51,261 bases of DNA from a virus. Taxonomy: Duplodnaviria; Caudoviricetes. The stretch lies in IMG/VR virus record IMGVR_UViG_3300046011_009473, positions 1-51,261 of that record. One strand, 5' to 3'. Position 1 is the stretch's first letter. The number at the start of each line of letters is the position of its first letter. This document shows positions 19,037 to 26,183 of the stretch, in pieces. Made by a program: the position numbers and the translations under genes. The notes under the pieces are model-generated. The model did not search any database and was not told the DNA's origin. It worked only from the letters and a program-made list of their open reading frames with translations.

Positions 19037-19468
19037 CCAGTTTTTAGCACGCCTTACGCCTTTGGAGCTTAGAGCGCGTAAGCGGCAGGGGCGGTGATAA
19101 CTATTATCACAAAAAAGCGACTCGATACAGTCCGCGCCTTTGCGGTTGTAGGCGCGGGGGGGAAGTGTAATACGTGTCTTAGCAGTTTCAAAAACTTTTA
19201 AATTTACACTATATATGTATACCTTTACTAGGACTCTTGGTGAAGTAGTAATAAACAACTAACATATGCTTTTATCAGGATTAACTTTATAAAATACATT
19301 AAATGCATTACAGACCTAGCACTTGATACAGTTAAAGCTTGTGAAAGCTGTTGTATTTCCTGATTTTAGCTGCTAGTGAACTCATTACAAAATCGAACCA
19401 TAACGGCAGCAAAAGTTTTAAGAATTTTAAAAAACTTTTAATAAACTGAAAAATAAATAAAAAAAGTG

Positions 19469-19497
19469 TTGACATGTTAAAATCAGTACACAATACT
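19469..19497 (+). promoter_or_regulatory. Early sigma70-type promoter
   Basis: TTGACA, 17 nt, AATACT, with an upstream A-tract (UP-element-like); precedes the first plus-strand gene. Confidence 0.65.
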
Positions 19498-19564
19498 GTT
19501 TTCACGATTAATTATTGTTACTAATCTTTAAAAAACTTTTAATAACTAAAAAACAGGGGTAAAA

Positions 19565-19822
19565 ATGATAAAAGAAATCAACACAATGCTGAAATTTAAA
19601 AAACTAAATTCAACTTTTGATTTAGGGCTTGAGATTTTAGAATTAAAAATCAAAAAAAGTGAACTCTATTTGGGCGGGGCTTATCATATAATAACCAAAG
19701 CGCAACCTAACGGCGGGTTTGAGATTTTATATTCTTTTGAAAATTTAGACCAGCTGCTTTTATTTTTAGAGCGGCAAATTGCAAAATTTAGAAAATCAAT
19801 ATTAGAAGAGTATTACTGGTGA
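19565..19822 (+). CDS. Hypothetical early protein
   Basis: 85-aa ORF preceded by AAAAACAGGGGTAAAA. Confidence 0.7.
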   Translation: MIKEINTMLKFKKLNSTFDLGLEILELKIKKSELYLGGAYHIITKAQPNGGFEILYSFENLDQLLLFLERQIAKFRKSILEEYYW

Positions 19823-19857
19823 TCTTCAATTTTTAAAACTTTTAACAATTAAATCAA

Positions 19858-20010
19858 ATACAAATTAAACCAGTAAAAACTCTTGAGTGTAGCCAAGTTT
19901 TAAAACTGATGGATGAAGACTACAAATACCAAGAAGCGCTACAAATAATTCTTTTTATCACAAACCGCGAAAAAAAAGAATTAGAAGAGGAGTTAGGCTA
20001 TTATATTTAA
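19858..20010 (+). CDS. Small hypothetical early protein; start uncertain (ATA at 19858 or ATG at 19909)
   Basis: Hand translation (I)QIKPVKTLECSQVLKLMDEDYKYQEALQIILFITNREKKELEEELGYYI*; fills the intergenic gap. Confidence 0.45.
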   Translation: MQIKPVKTLECSQVLKLMDEDYKYQEALQIILFITNREKKELEEELGYYI

Positions 20011-20094
20011 GAGCCTTGCTAATACCCCCGCCACCGCGCGGGGTTACAATGAAGGGCTTTTCTCTTCAAATAATAACAAAAAAAACTTTAAAAT

Positions 20095-20658
20095 ATGTCA
20101 AAATATCAAATTCTAGCTAATGATTTTCTTATTAGAACAGGCGTCACCTTCGAGGCTAAATTTCTTAAAAATGATTTTCACTTTGCCAGTGATAAAACCA
20201 CGCGGGACATTTACGAAATAACGCTTGCGCGCGGCAGCCGCAAGATGATTTTTAATTTTGGGCAATCATTAAACAGCAGCGGTGACTGGCTGATACGTGT
20301 CGACAAAGCGACGAAAAGAGTTTTTAAGTTACCACTTGAGAATTTTATAAACGCGGAAGAGCTTCACCTTTCGGATACACACTGCATAGCCAAGTTAAAC
20401 AGAGCACAAATCAACTTGCACGGCGAGCGGCGCTATTTTGATAGAATTGAGAGAAGAAGCGCCCCAACGGCTTACGCGGTGCTGGCGTGTTTGACAAAAC
20501 ACAGCGCCGGAACTATAGAAAATTTTTGCAGTGATTTTGGATATGATATTGACAGCAAGTCCGCGGAGCAAATCTATTTGGCTTGTGAAAAAGAGTTTGA
20601 AGAGGTGCAAAAACTTTGGACAGACGCGGAAATTGAAGAGCTTAGGGAAATTAATTAA
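20095..20658 (+). CDS. Hypothetical early protein
   Basis: 187 aa; RDIYEITL...FNFGQS and PTAYAVLACL...FCSDFGYDIDS pattern recalled from phage early genes. Confidence 0.8.
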   Translation: MSKYQILANDFLIRTGVTFEAKFLKNDFHFASDKTTRDIYEITLARGSRKMIFNFGQSLNSSGDWLIRVDKATKRVFKLPLENFINAEELHLSDTHCIAKLNRAQINLHGERRYFDRIERRSAPTAYAVLACLTKHSAGTIENFCSDFGYDIDSKSAEQIYLACEKEFEEVQKLWTDAEIEELREIN

Positions 20659-20696
20659 TTTTTAAACTTAAAAAACAACAAAAACAGGGGTAAAAA

Positions 20697-20972
20697 ATGA
20701 AAATCTTAAGGAATACACTAAAAAGACATTTTGAAGAAAAAAAACGGTTTAACCGCGTTTTAGATCAAAATTTTGACGATTTAAACCCGCCGGATAGAAA
20801 CTGGATATTTACCGCGGGGTTAGTTCTATTAATTGCTTACGGGGCTTGCCTTTTGGCAATCGCTTTCGCTTTGGACTCACAAGCCAGCAAGTTTGACAAG
20901 AAACTAGAGCAATTAGAGCAATTAGAGCAGCAAGAATTTTATAAAATAATTAAAAGCAATTACAAAATTTAA
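20697..20972 (+). CDS. Hypothetical single-pass membrane protein
   Basis: Hydrophobic WIFTAGLVLLIAYGACLLAIAFAL; LEQ x3 tandem; same leader as the gene at 19565. Confidence 0.7.
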   Translation: MKILRNTLKRHFEEKKRFNRVLDQNFDDLNPPDRNWIFTAGLVLLIAYGACLLAIAFALDSQASKFDKKLEQLEQLEQQEFYKIIKSNYKI

Positions 20973-20988
20973 AATAGGAACGGTAAAA

Positions 20989-21588
20989 ATGAAAAATAAA
21001 ATACTTAAAAACACGTTGGCCGCCCTAAAACAACAATATGAAGCTAAGCTATTGGAGGCGGCTGAAACTTTTGAAAACGGCACACTTTTAAAATTGGAAA
21101 TTGAGATTGACGAATTCCCAAGCAACCCGCGAGATGATACCAACCTTGGAACGATAATTTGCACCCACAAACGCTATAATTTAGGCGATCAATTGCCGTT
21201 TTCAATTAAAGATTGCGAAAGTTGGGAGGGGGCGCGCGAAAAAATAAAAAGCCAGCACGCGGGAAAAGAGCTGCTGATTTTGCCCGTATACATGATGGAT
21301 CATGGCGGGCTAAGCCTTTCAACAAAACCTTTTGATTGCCCTTGGGACAGCGGGCAAATAGGTTTTATTTATGCTAAAAAAGGCGAGGAGGGTTTGACAG
21401 ATCAAGAATTGCAAAATTCATTAGAAAGTGAAATTAAGAGTTACTCAAAATATATTGAAGGGGAAGTGTACGAATGGCGAATAATTAATACAATTTCAGG
21501 CGAATGTTTGGACAGTTGCGGGGGTTTTTTAAGGCATAGTGAAGCGCAAAAAGACGGGGAAGCCGCCTTAAAATCATTTATTGATTAA
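20989..21588 (+). CDS. Hypothetical early protein (WDSGQ-motif family)
   Basis: NPRDDTNLGTIIC.HKRYNLGD, LPVYMMDHGGLSLST, PWDSGQIGFIY, DSCGGF. Confidence 0.8.
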   Translation: MKNKILKNTLAALKQQYEAKLLEAAETFENGTLLKLEIEIDEFPSNPRDDTNLGTIICTHKRYNLGDQLPFSIKDCESWEGAREKIKSQHAGKELLILPVYMMDHGGLSLSTKPFDCPWDSGQIGFIYAKKGEEGLTDQELQNSLESEIKSYSKYIEGEVYEWRIINTISGECLDSCGGFLRHSEAQKDGEAALKSFID

Positions 21589-21676
21589 ACCCGCTCAAAT
21601 AACCGCCAGCAGTGGCGCCGCTGGCGGTTAAAAGAGCTGGTTTAATCAGTTCGTCTCAACTAAAAAACTTTAAAAA
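21582..21676 (+). repeat. Structured intergenic repeat, copy 1 (long hairpin)
   Basis: Outer stem TGATTAAACC/GGTTTAATCA; inner 11-bp stem TAACCGCCAGC/GCTGGCGGTTA; loop AGTGGCGCC. Confidence 0.9.
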
Positions 21677-21688
21677 TAAAAAAATTTT

Positions 21689-22657
21689 ATGTCAATTTAC
21701 ACAAAAAGGAAAACGCACAAGAGCATTCGAGAACTTAGCCACGCTTGGGCGTACGCGAACCAAGGCGAGGGTGGAACCGCTGCCCATGGCAGTTACCACT
21801 ATACGGGCGGCGAGCTTTTCAGCTATCGAGAATTGATAGCGAAAAAAATCAAGTCAAAAAAAGGCGCTGAAGCTTGCCTTTTTAACGAAGCTAAGTACTC
21901 AAAAACGACGACAAAACACCAAAGCCTCGCCCGAATGGCGTTTAGCGGGGTGGCAATCGTAGGGCTTTGGTGCGGGCACGGCTGCCGTTCTGATGGTTTT
22001 GGAAACCCCTTTACAACCCAAAACATTATTCAAAGTCACCTTTCAAAATTGGAAAGTGAATCTCAAAATTTAGCAAAAGCAAAAAAGGAAAGCACAAGGG
22101 GGGGTTATAAATTGGAAATTGTGTCAATTTCAAATAATTTAAAACGCTTGATTGATTATGATTTAATAAAGAAAGCAGAATTACCGCTTCAGCTAAAAAA
22201 GCTTTTAAAAATTGAAATTAACCCGGCAGGGCTTGAAATTTTAGAGAAAGCGGCGGCCAAAGACTTGAAGAAAAAACTCAAAGCTAAAAAAGCCAAGATC
22301 TTAGCTGAAATTCAAGATTTTAGAACTTTTAAAAAAAGTTGGCTTTCTCAAGATGCAAAAAGTTTCAATAAGAATGGTGACCTCATAAGATACAATTTAA
22401 AAGAAAATACTATAGAAACCAGCCAAGGCATAACCGTGCCAATTTTAGAAGCACTTCTATTGTACAAAGTGTCTAAATCTCATCACGAGAAAAAATTCGC
22501 TGCTAACTATTCAAATAAAATGATGTTGGATGGTAAGTTTAAAGTAGATCAAATTGACGAGAAAGGCAATGCTAAAGTAGGTTGCCATTTTTTTAATTTT
22601 GCAGAAATTGAGCGTTGCTATAAAGAAGAATATCTAAAACTAAAGGGCAGTGATTAA
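21689..22657 (+). CDS. Hypothetical basic early protein
   Basis: 322 aa; LFSY...IA...YSKTTTKHQS and C-terminal IETSQG...KVGCH motifs; flanked by the two hairpin repeats. Confidence 0.8.
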   Translation: MSIYTKRKTHKSIRELSHAWAYANQGEGGTAAHGSYHYTGGELFSYRELIAKKIKSKKGAEACLFNEAKYSKTTTKHQSLARMAFSGVAIVGLWCGHGCRSDGFGNPFTTQNIIQSHLSKLESESQNLAKAKKESTRGGYKLEIVSISNNLKRLIDYDLIKKAELPLQLKKLLKIEINPAGLEILEKAAAKDLKKKLKAKKAKILAEIQDFRTFKKSWLSQDAKSFNKNGDLIRYNLKENTIETSQGITVPILEALLLYKVSKSHHEKKFAANYSNKMMLDGKFKVDQIDEKGNAKVGCHFFNFAEIERCYKEEYLKLKGSD

Positions 22658-22747
22658 ACCATCTTAAATAGCTGCTAGCAGTGGCGCCGCTAGCAGTTAA
22701 AAGAGCTGGTTCAGTCAGTTCATCTTAACGTTAAAAAACTTTAAAAA
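22651..22747 (+). repeat. Structured intergenic repeat, copy 2
   Basis: TGATTAAACC...TAGCTGCTAGC-AGTGGCGCC-GCTAGCAGTTA...GGTTCAGTCA. Confidence 0.9.
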
Positions 22748-22751
22748 AAAT

Positions 22752-22904
22752 ATGGATACTAAAAAAAGGATAAACCAAATTTTAAAAGATCATGGCGCGA
22801 GCCTTGAAAGGCAAATTTCGCAAGGTTACACTCGCGGAATTTTTTTAGGCTTTTTTTGTTGGCGTGCCACTAAAAACGGGCTTGAAATTGAATTATTAAA
22901 TTAA
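22752..22904 (+). CDS. Small hypothetical protein (50 aa, absent from the ORF track)
   Basis: MDTKKRINQILKDHGASLERQISQGYTRGIFLGFFCWRATKNGLEIELLN*; same AAAAACTTTAAAA leader as other early genes. Confidence 0.6.
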   Translation: MDTKKRINQILKDHGASLERQISQGYTRGIFLGFFCWRATKNGLEIELLN

Positions 22905-22925
22905 ACTAAAAAAAAAGGAAATAAA

Positions 22926-23126
22926 ATGAACATGAAAGGGCGAATCTCGCTGGCCAAATACGTTTCAGTGAGGCCAGAAGTTTTAAAAATGGCGGAAAAA
23001 TTGACGGGTGATTTACACGTTAATTTTTCGCAACTCATTACGCGTCTGATTGTAGAGGCGCACTCAAAACGTTATCCACAAATTAAAGACGAAACGCAAG
23101 AAGAAGTTTTAGACCCGCTGGCCTAG
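22926..23126 (+). CDS. Small DNA-binding protein, ribbon-helix-helix-like
   Basis: YVSVRPEVLKMAEKLTGDLHVNFSQLITRLIVEA fits a beta-alpha-alpha pattern. Confidence 0.55.
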   Translation: MNMKGRISLAKYVSVRPEVLKMAEKLTGDLHVNFSQLITRLIVEAHSKRYPQIKDETQEEVLDPLA

Positions 23127-23130
23127 GCGC

Positions 23131-23448
23131 ATGTCTTACGAAACTCAACTTCTATTTTACGCACGGCGAACGCTCGCGGAATTGTACGCGTTCGCCGTGC
23201 AGCATGATAACCAGCCGCTAAAAACCCAACTCGCGGAACTGCTGGCCTTTGCTCCAGAAGATCAATTAAAAGACATTGCCAAGCGTTTAAACTATCAAAA
23301 CAACCCTCAAGAATTTATTTCCAAAAGCCATGAGGCTTGGCGGATAAGTGATTTTAACCCCTCCAAAACTGCCCCCAAAAAATCAGCGAGTAAAAGCCCC
23401 TCAAAAGCCGCCCCAAAATTAACATTCCTCCGGAAAAATTTCAGGTAA
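23131..23448 (+). CDS. Hypothetical protein
   Basis: 105-aa ORF in operon context with a Lys/Ser/Pro-rich tail. Confidence 0.65.
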   Translation: MSYETQLLFYARRTLAELYAFAVQHDNQPLKTQLAELLAFAPEDQLKDIAKRLNYQNNPQEFISKSHEAWRISDFNPSKTAPKKSASKSPSKAAPKLTFLRKNFR

Positions 23449-23462
23449 TTAAAAAAAAGATA

Positions 23463-23492
23463 TTGACTTGATAGAAGCTCGCGTCTCATAAT
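23463..23492 (+). promoter_or_regulatory. Sigma70-type promoter for the HTH/primase genes
   Basis: TTGACT, 18 nt, CATAAT, with an upstream A-tract. Confidence 0.6.
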
Positions 23493-23535
23493 GTTGCATT
23501 CTGTTTTTTCTAAAATCTAAAAACTAAGCCAAACA

Positions 23536-23766
23536 ATGCAAAAAACTAAGTCAAAATACATGGGGCTTTTGGAGGCCTCAAAATACATGGGCAATTTACA
23601 CCCCGTCTATTTGCGCGAACTCGCGCGAACTGGCGGAATCCCAGCCGTTAAATTCTCAACTGCACCAAAAGCACAATGGTATTTTTTGCCAGAAGACATC
23701 GATAGATGGGCAAAAACCAATGGGCAAATCGCGAGACTTAATTCCTTAACTAAAAAATCTAAATAA
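23536..23766 (+). CDS. Helix-turn-helix protein (excisionase/MerR-like)
   Basis: YMGLLEASKYMG...YLRELARTGGIPAVK...WYFLPEDIDRW. Confidence 0.75.
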   Translation: MQKTKSKYMGLLEASKYMGNLHPVYLRELARTGGIPAVKFSTAPKAQWYFLPEDIDRWAKTNGQIARLNSLTKKSK

Positions 23767-25937
23767 TGCAAAACATTAAATTGCTGAAAGTAGCCCAAAA
23801 CTATATAGATTTTGGTTTTACGATAATCCCGCTAAAAGGTAAAATACCGACCCAAAGCAACTGGCAAAAAACCATGTGGCAACCACAACTCGATGAAAGT
23901 TGCAAAAGCTGCGAGTCCCTCGGGTTTTTGATACCCGACGACATCGTGGTGATTGATATCGACAATCACACCGAAGAAAAAAAAGGATGGACAGCTTTAG
24001 ACCATTTGACCAAAGAGTACGACTACGATTTCGTGGCTAATGCTGGGGTTATTGTAGAGACCGCAAACGGCGGGCTGCATCTTTATTATAAAAATTCGCT
24101 TAAAGAAGCTAAAATCATTAACGGATTTGCAGATTTAAAATACGAAGGGCTGGAATTCAAAGGCAAAGGTCGCCAAGTGCTTATCCCAGAATCCACTTTA
24201 CCAAATGGCAACCGATACTATTTTGACATCGTTAGAAACGATTTTAACCAGATTAAAAACTTGCCTGAAAATCTTTTAATGGATATAATCCGCCCCAAAG
24301 GTAATTTAAAAGATGAGCAAATTACCAGTAACGCTACAGACAGCCCGATAGATGTCTCAAGATTTCAAAAATATTTAGCAAACCAACAAATGGTGCGTAG
24401 CGGCAATAGAAATAACACGCTCTACGTGATGTCTGCGCATGCTAAAAATCTAGGATTATCACCAAAAACAATGGCGAAACCCCTTCTTGAATGGAATAAT
24501 AAAAACGTTTTCCCGCCAGTAGAAGCAAAAGAGCTGGCAGAAATTATTACCAACGCTTATCACTATTCGGCAAGCGGTGCTGGCGTCTTAAGCGTCAATT
24601 CAATTTTTAATGAAAACGCAGCCGTTGAAAACGTAGTAAGTCTTTCGCCTAAAGAAGCCAAGGCGCAACTCGCAGAATTAGATGAATTTAAAGATTGGCG
24701 GCAAACGTTAATTATGTCCAATGGCAAGATCTCCCGTGCCAATTTTGGCACAAGAAATACTGAAATTTTTTTGGAAAATTTAGAAGAACTTCGCGGTAAG
24801 CTGGCATTAAACCAGTTCACTTCCGACACGGTGTGGCGCGAGCTGCCAACGTGGATTCATAAGGTAGATATTGAAGCCCGACAACTGACGCCGAACGAGG
24901 TCGTAATCACTGACGACGACGTAATCCGGATTCGCGATATTCTAAATAATTACGGATTTGACCCTAGCGGCGGGCAGATTATTGAAGCTGCGAGAAATGT
25001 TTCTTTGAAGCGACCATTTCACCCAGTAAAAGAGATATTGGAGTCACTGCCTAAATGGGATGGGAAAAATAGATTAGAAAGATTTTTTCCCGATTTGTGT
25101 GGTACACAAGACTCAATCTACACGCGCGAAGTTGGCAAAAAAATTTTTGTGGCTGTAGTTTCAAGAATATATAAACCCGGATGTAAATTTGACTATCTAC
25201 CGATTTTTGTAGGCGAACAAGGCATTGGTAAGTCCACTTTAATTAAGCTGATGGCTTTAAAACCTGCTTGGTTTTCAGACTCGTTGGGCGATATTGAAAA
25301 TAAAGATGTGATATTGCAAATGCGATCAAAATTGATTATTGAGAATGGCGAACTCACAATGTTCAACAAAAAAGAAATCAATAGTCAAAAAGCTTTCTTG
25401 TCCCGTTCTACAGATAGGGCAAGACTGCCGTATGACCGCTTGCCGCGTGATTTGCCGCGTCAGTGCCTTATAATCTCGTCAACAAATGAAAGTAAATTTT
25501 TAGTAGATGAAACTGGAGCGCGCAGGATGTGGCCAATTGAAATGAGGGCGATCAAGCTTAAAGAAGTGGCGAGCCAAATACCGCAGCTGTACGCAGAAGC
25601 TTTAGTTTTGTATGCAAGAGGCGAAGAAATTTTCTTGGATAATGAAGAAGCAGCTCTTCAAGCGGAAACAGAACAAGCCTCGCGGTATAAAAATGACGAG
25701 TGGCAAGATAAAATCGCCGAATGGCTCCACGCGTCTAATTTAGAATTTGTACGCATATCGGATATTTGGGGTAAGTGCTTTGGATTTGACATTCGCTATT
25801 TAGACCCAAAAGCCCAAAAAAGGATTGGCGCTATTTTACGAGTTTTGAAATGGACAGTTTCAAGCCGCAGAGTCGATGGAGTACCAACCCACGGCTACGT
25901 TAGACCAATCTTAACTTTAACTTTAGAAAATTTATGA
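23766..25937 (+). CDS. Bifunctional primase-polymerase with PriCT domain and VirE/VapE-type P-loop helicase
   Basis: IIPLKGKIP, VIDID, TANGGLHLYY, GNRNNTLY, FHPVKE, PKWDG, PGCKFD, GEQGIGKST, DETGARRMWPI. Confidence 0.9.
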   Translation: MQNIKLLKVAQNYIDFGFTIIPLKGKIPTQSNWQKTMWQPQLDESCKSCESLGFLIPDDIVVIDIDNHTEEKKGWTALDHLTKEYDYDFVANAGVIVETANGGLHLYYKNSLKEAKIINGFADLKYEGLEFKGKGRQVLIPESTLPNGNRYYFDIVRNDFNQIKNLPENLLMDIIRPKGNLKDEQITSNATDSPIDVSRFQKYLANQQMVRSGNRNNTLYVMSAHAKNLGLSPKTMAKPLLEWNNKNVFPPVEAKELAEIITNAYHYSASGAGVLSVNSIFNENAAVENVVSLSPKEAKAQLAELDEFKDWRQTLIMSNGKISRANFGTRNTEIFLENLEELRGKLALNQFTSDTVWRELPTWIHKVDIEARQLTPNEVVITDDDVIRIRDILNNYGFDPSGGQIIEAARNVSLKRPFHPVKEILESLPKWDGKNRLERFFPDLCGTQDSIYTREVGKKIFVAVVSRIYKPGCKFDYLPIFVGEQGIGKSTLIKLMALKPAWFSDSLGDIENKDVILQMRSKLIIENGELTMFNKKEINSQKAFLSRSTDRARLPYDRLPRDLPRQCLIISSTNESKFLVDETGARRMWPIEMRAIKLKEVASQIPQLYAEALVLYARGEEIFLDNEEAALQAETEQASRYKNDEWQDKIAEWLHASNLEFVRISDIWGKCFGFDIRYLDPKAQKRIGAILRVLKWTVSSRRVDGVPTHGYVRPILTLTLENL

Positions 25938-26113
25938 AACTTTGTAAGAAAACGCTAGAATTGATTTTGATCTTTATTTTTTGGATGAGCTTTTGTGTCG
26001 CCGTTTGGAAAATCCGAAGTGCGATTGAAGACCGAAAACCTACAGTTAAAGGCTCTCGCCCAATAAGCGAAGACACCATCTACTATTTTGACGGCGCCGA
26101 AGAAAAAATATAA
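25934..26113 (+). CDS. Small membrane protein (59 aa, absent from the ORF track)
   Basis: ATGA overlap with the primase stop; MKLCKKTLELILIFIFWMSFCVAVWKIRSAIEDRKPTVKGSRPISEDTIYYFDGAEEKI*. Confidence 0.65.
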   Translation: MKLCKKTLELILIFIFWMSFCVAVWKIRSAIEDRKPTVKGSRPISEDTIYYFDGAEEKI

Positions 26114-26146
26114 GAGAATTATTTTAAAAAATATTAAAATAAACTA

Positions 26147-26175
26147 TTGACAAATAAAATCAGGTAAATCAATAT
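26147..26175 (+). promoter_or_regulatory. Sigma70-type promoter upstream of the structured non-coding array
   Basis: TTGACA, 17 nt, CAATAT, with an AT-rich upstream tract. Confidence 0.6.
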
Positions 26176-26183
26176 GCTCTACC

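Noticed and set aside
18767-19258. ORFs 18767..18967 (+) and 18926..19258 (-)
   Set aside because: They overlap the repeat-rich control region; HALHALH simply reflects the 9-bp tandem repeat.
21582-22747. Integron attC sites
   Set aside because: The ends do not fit the RYYYAAC/GTTRRRY boxes well and no tyrosine recombinase is present.
23536-23766. Excisionase indicating a prophage
   Set aside because: No integrase, att site or host genes are visible; this HTH type is also common as a regulator beside primase genes.
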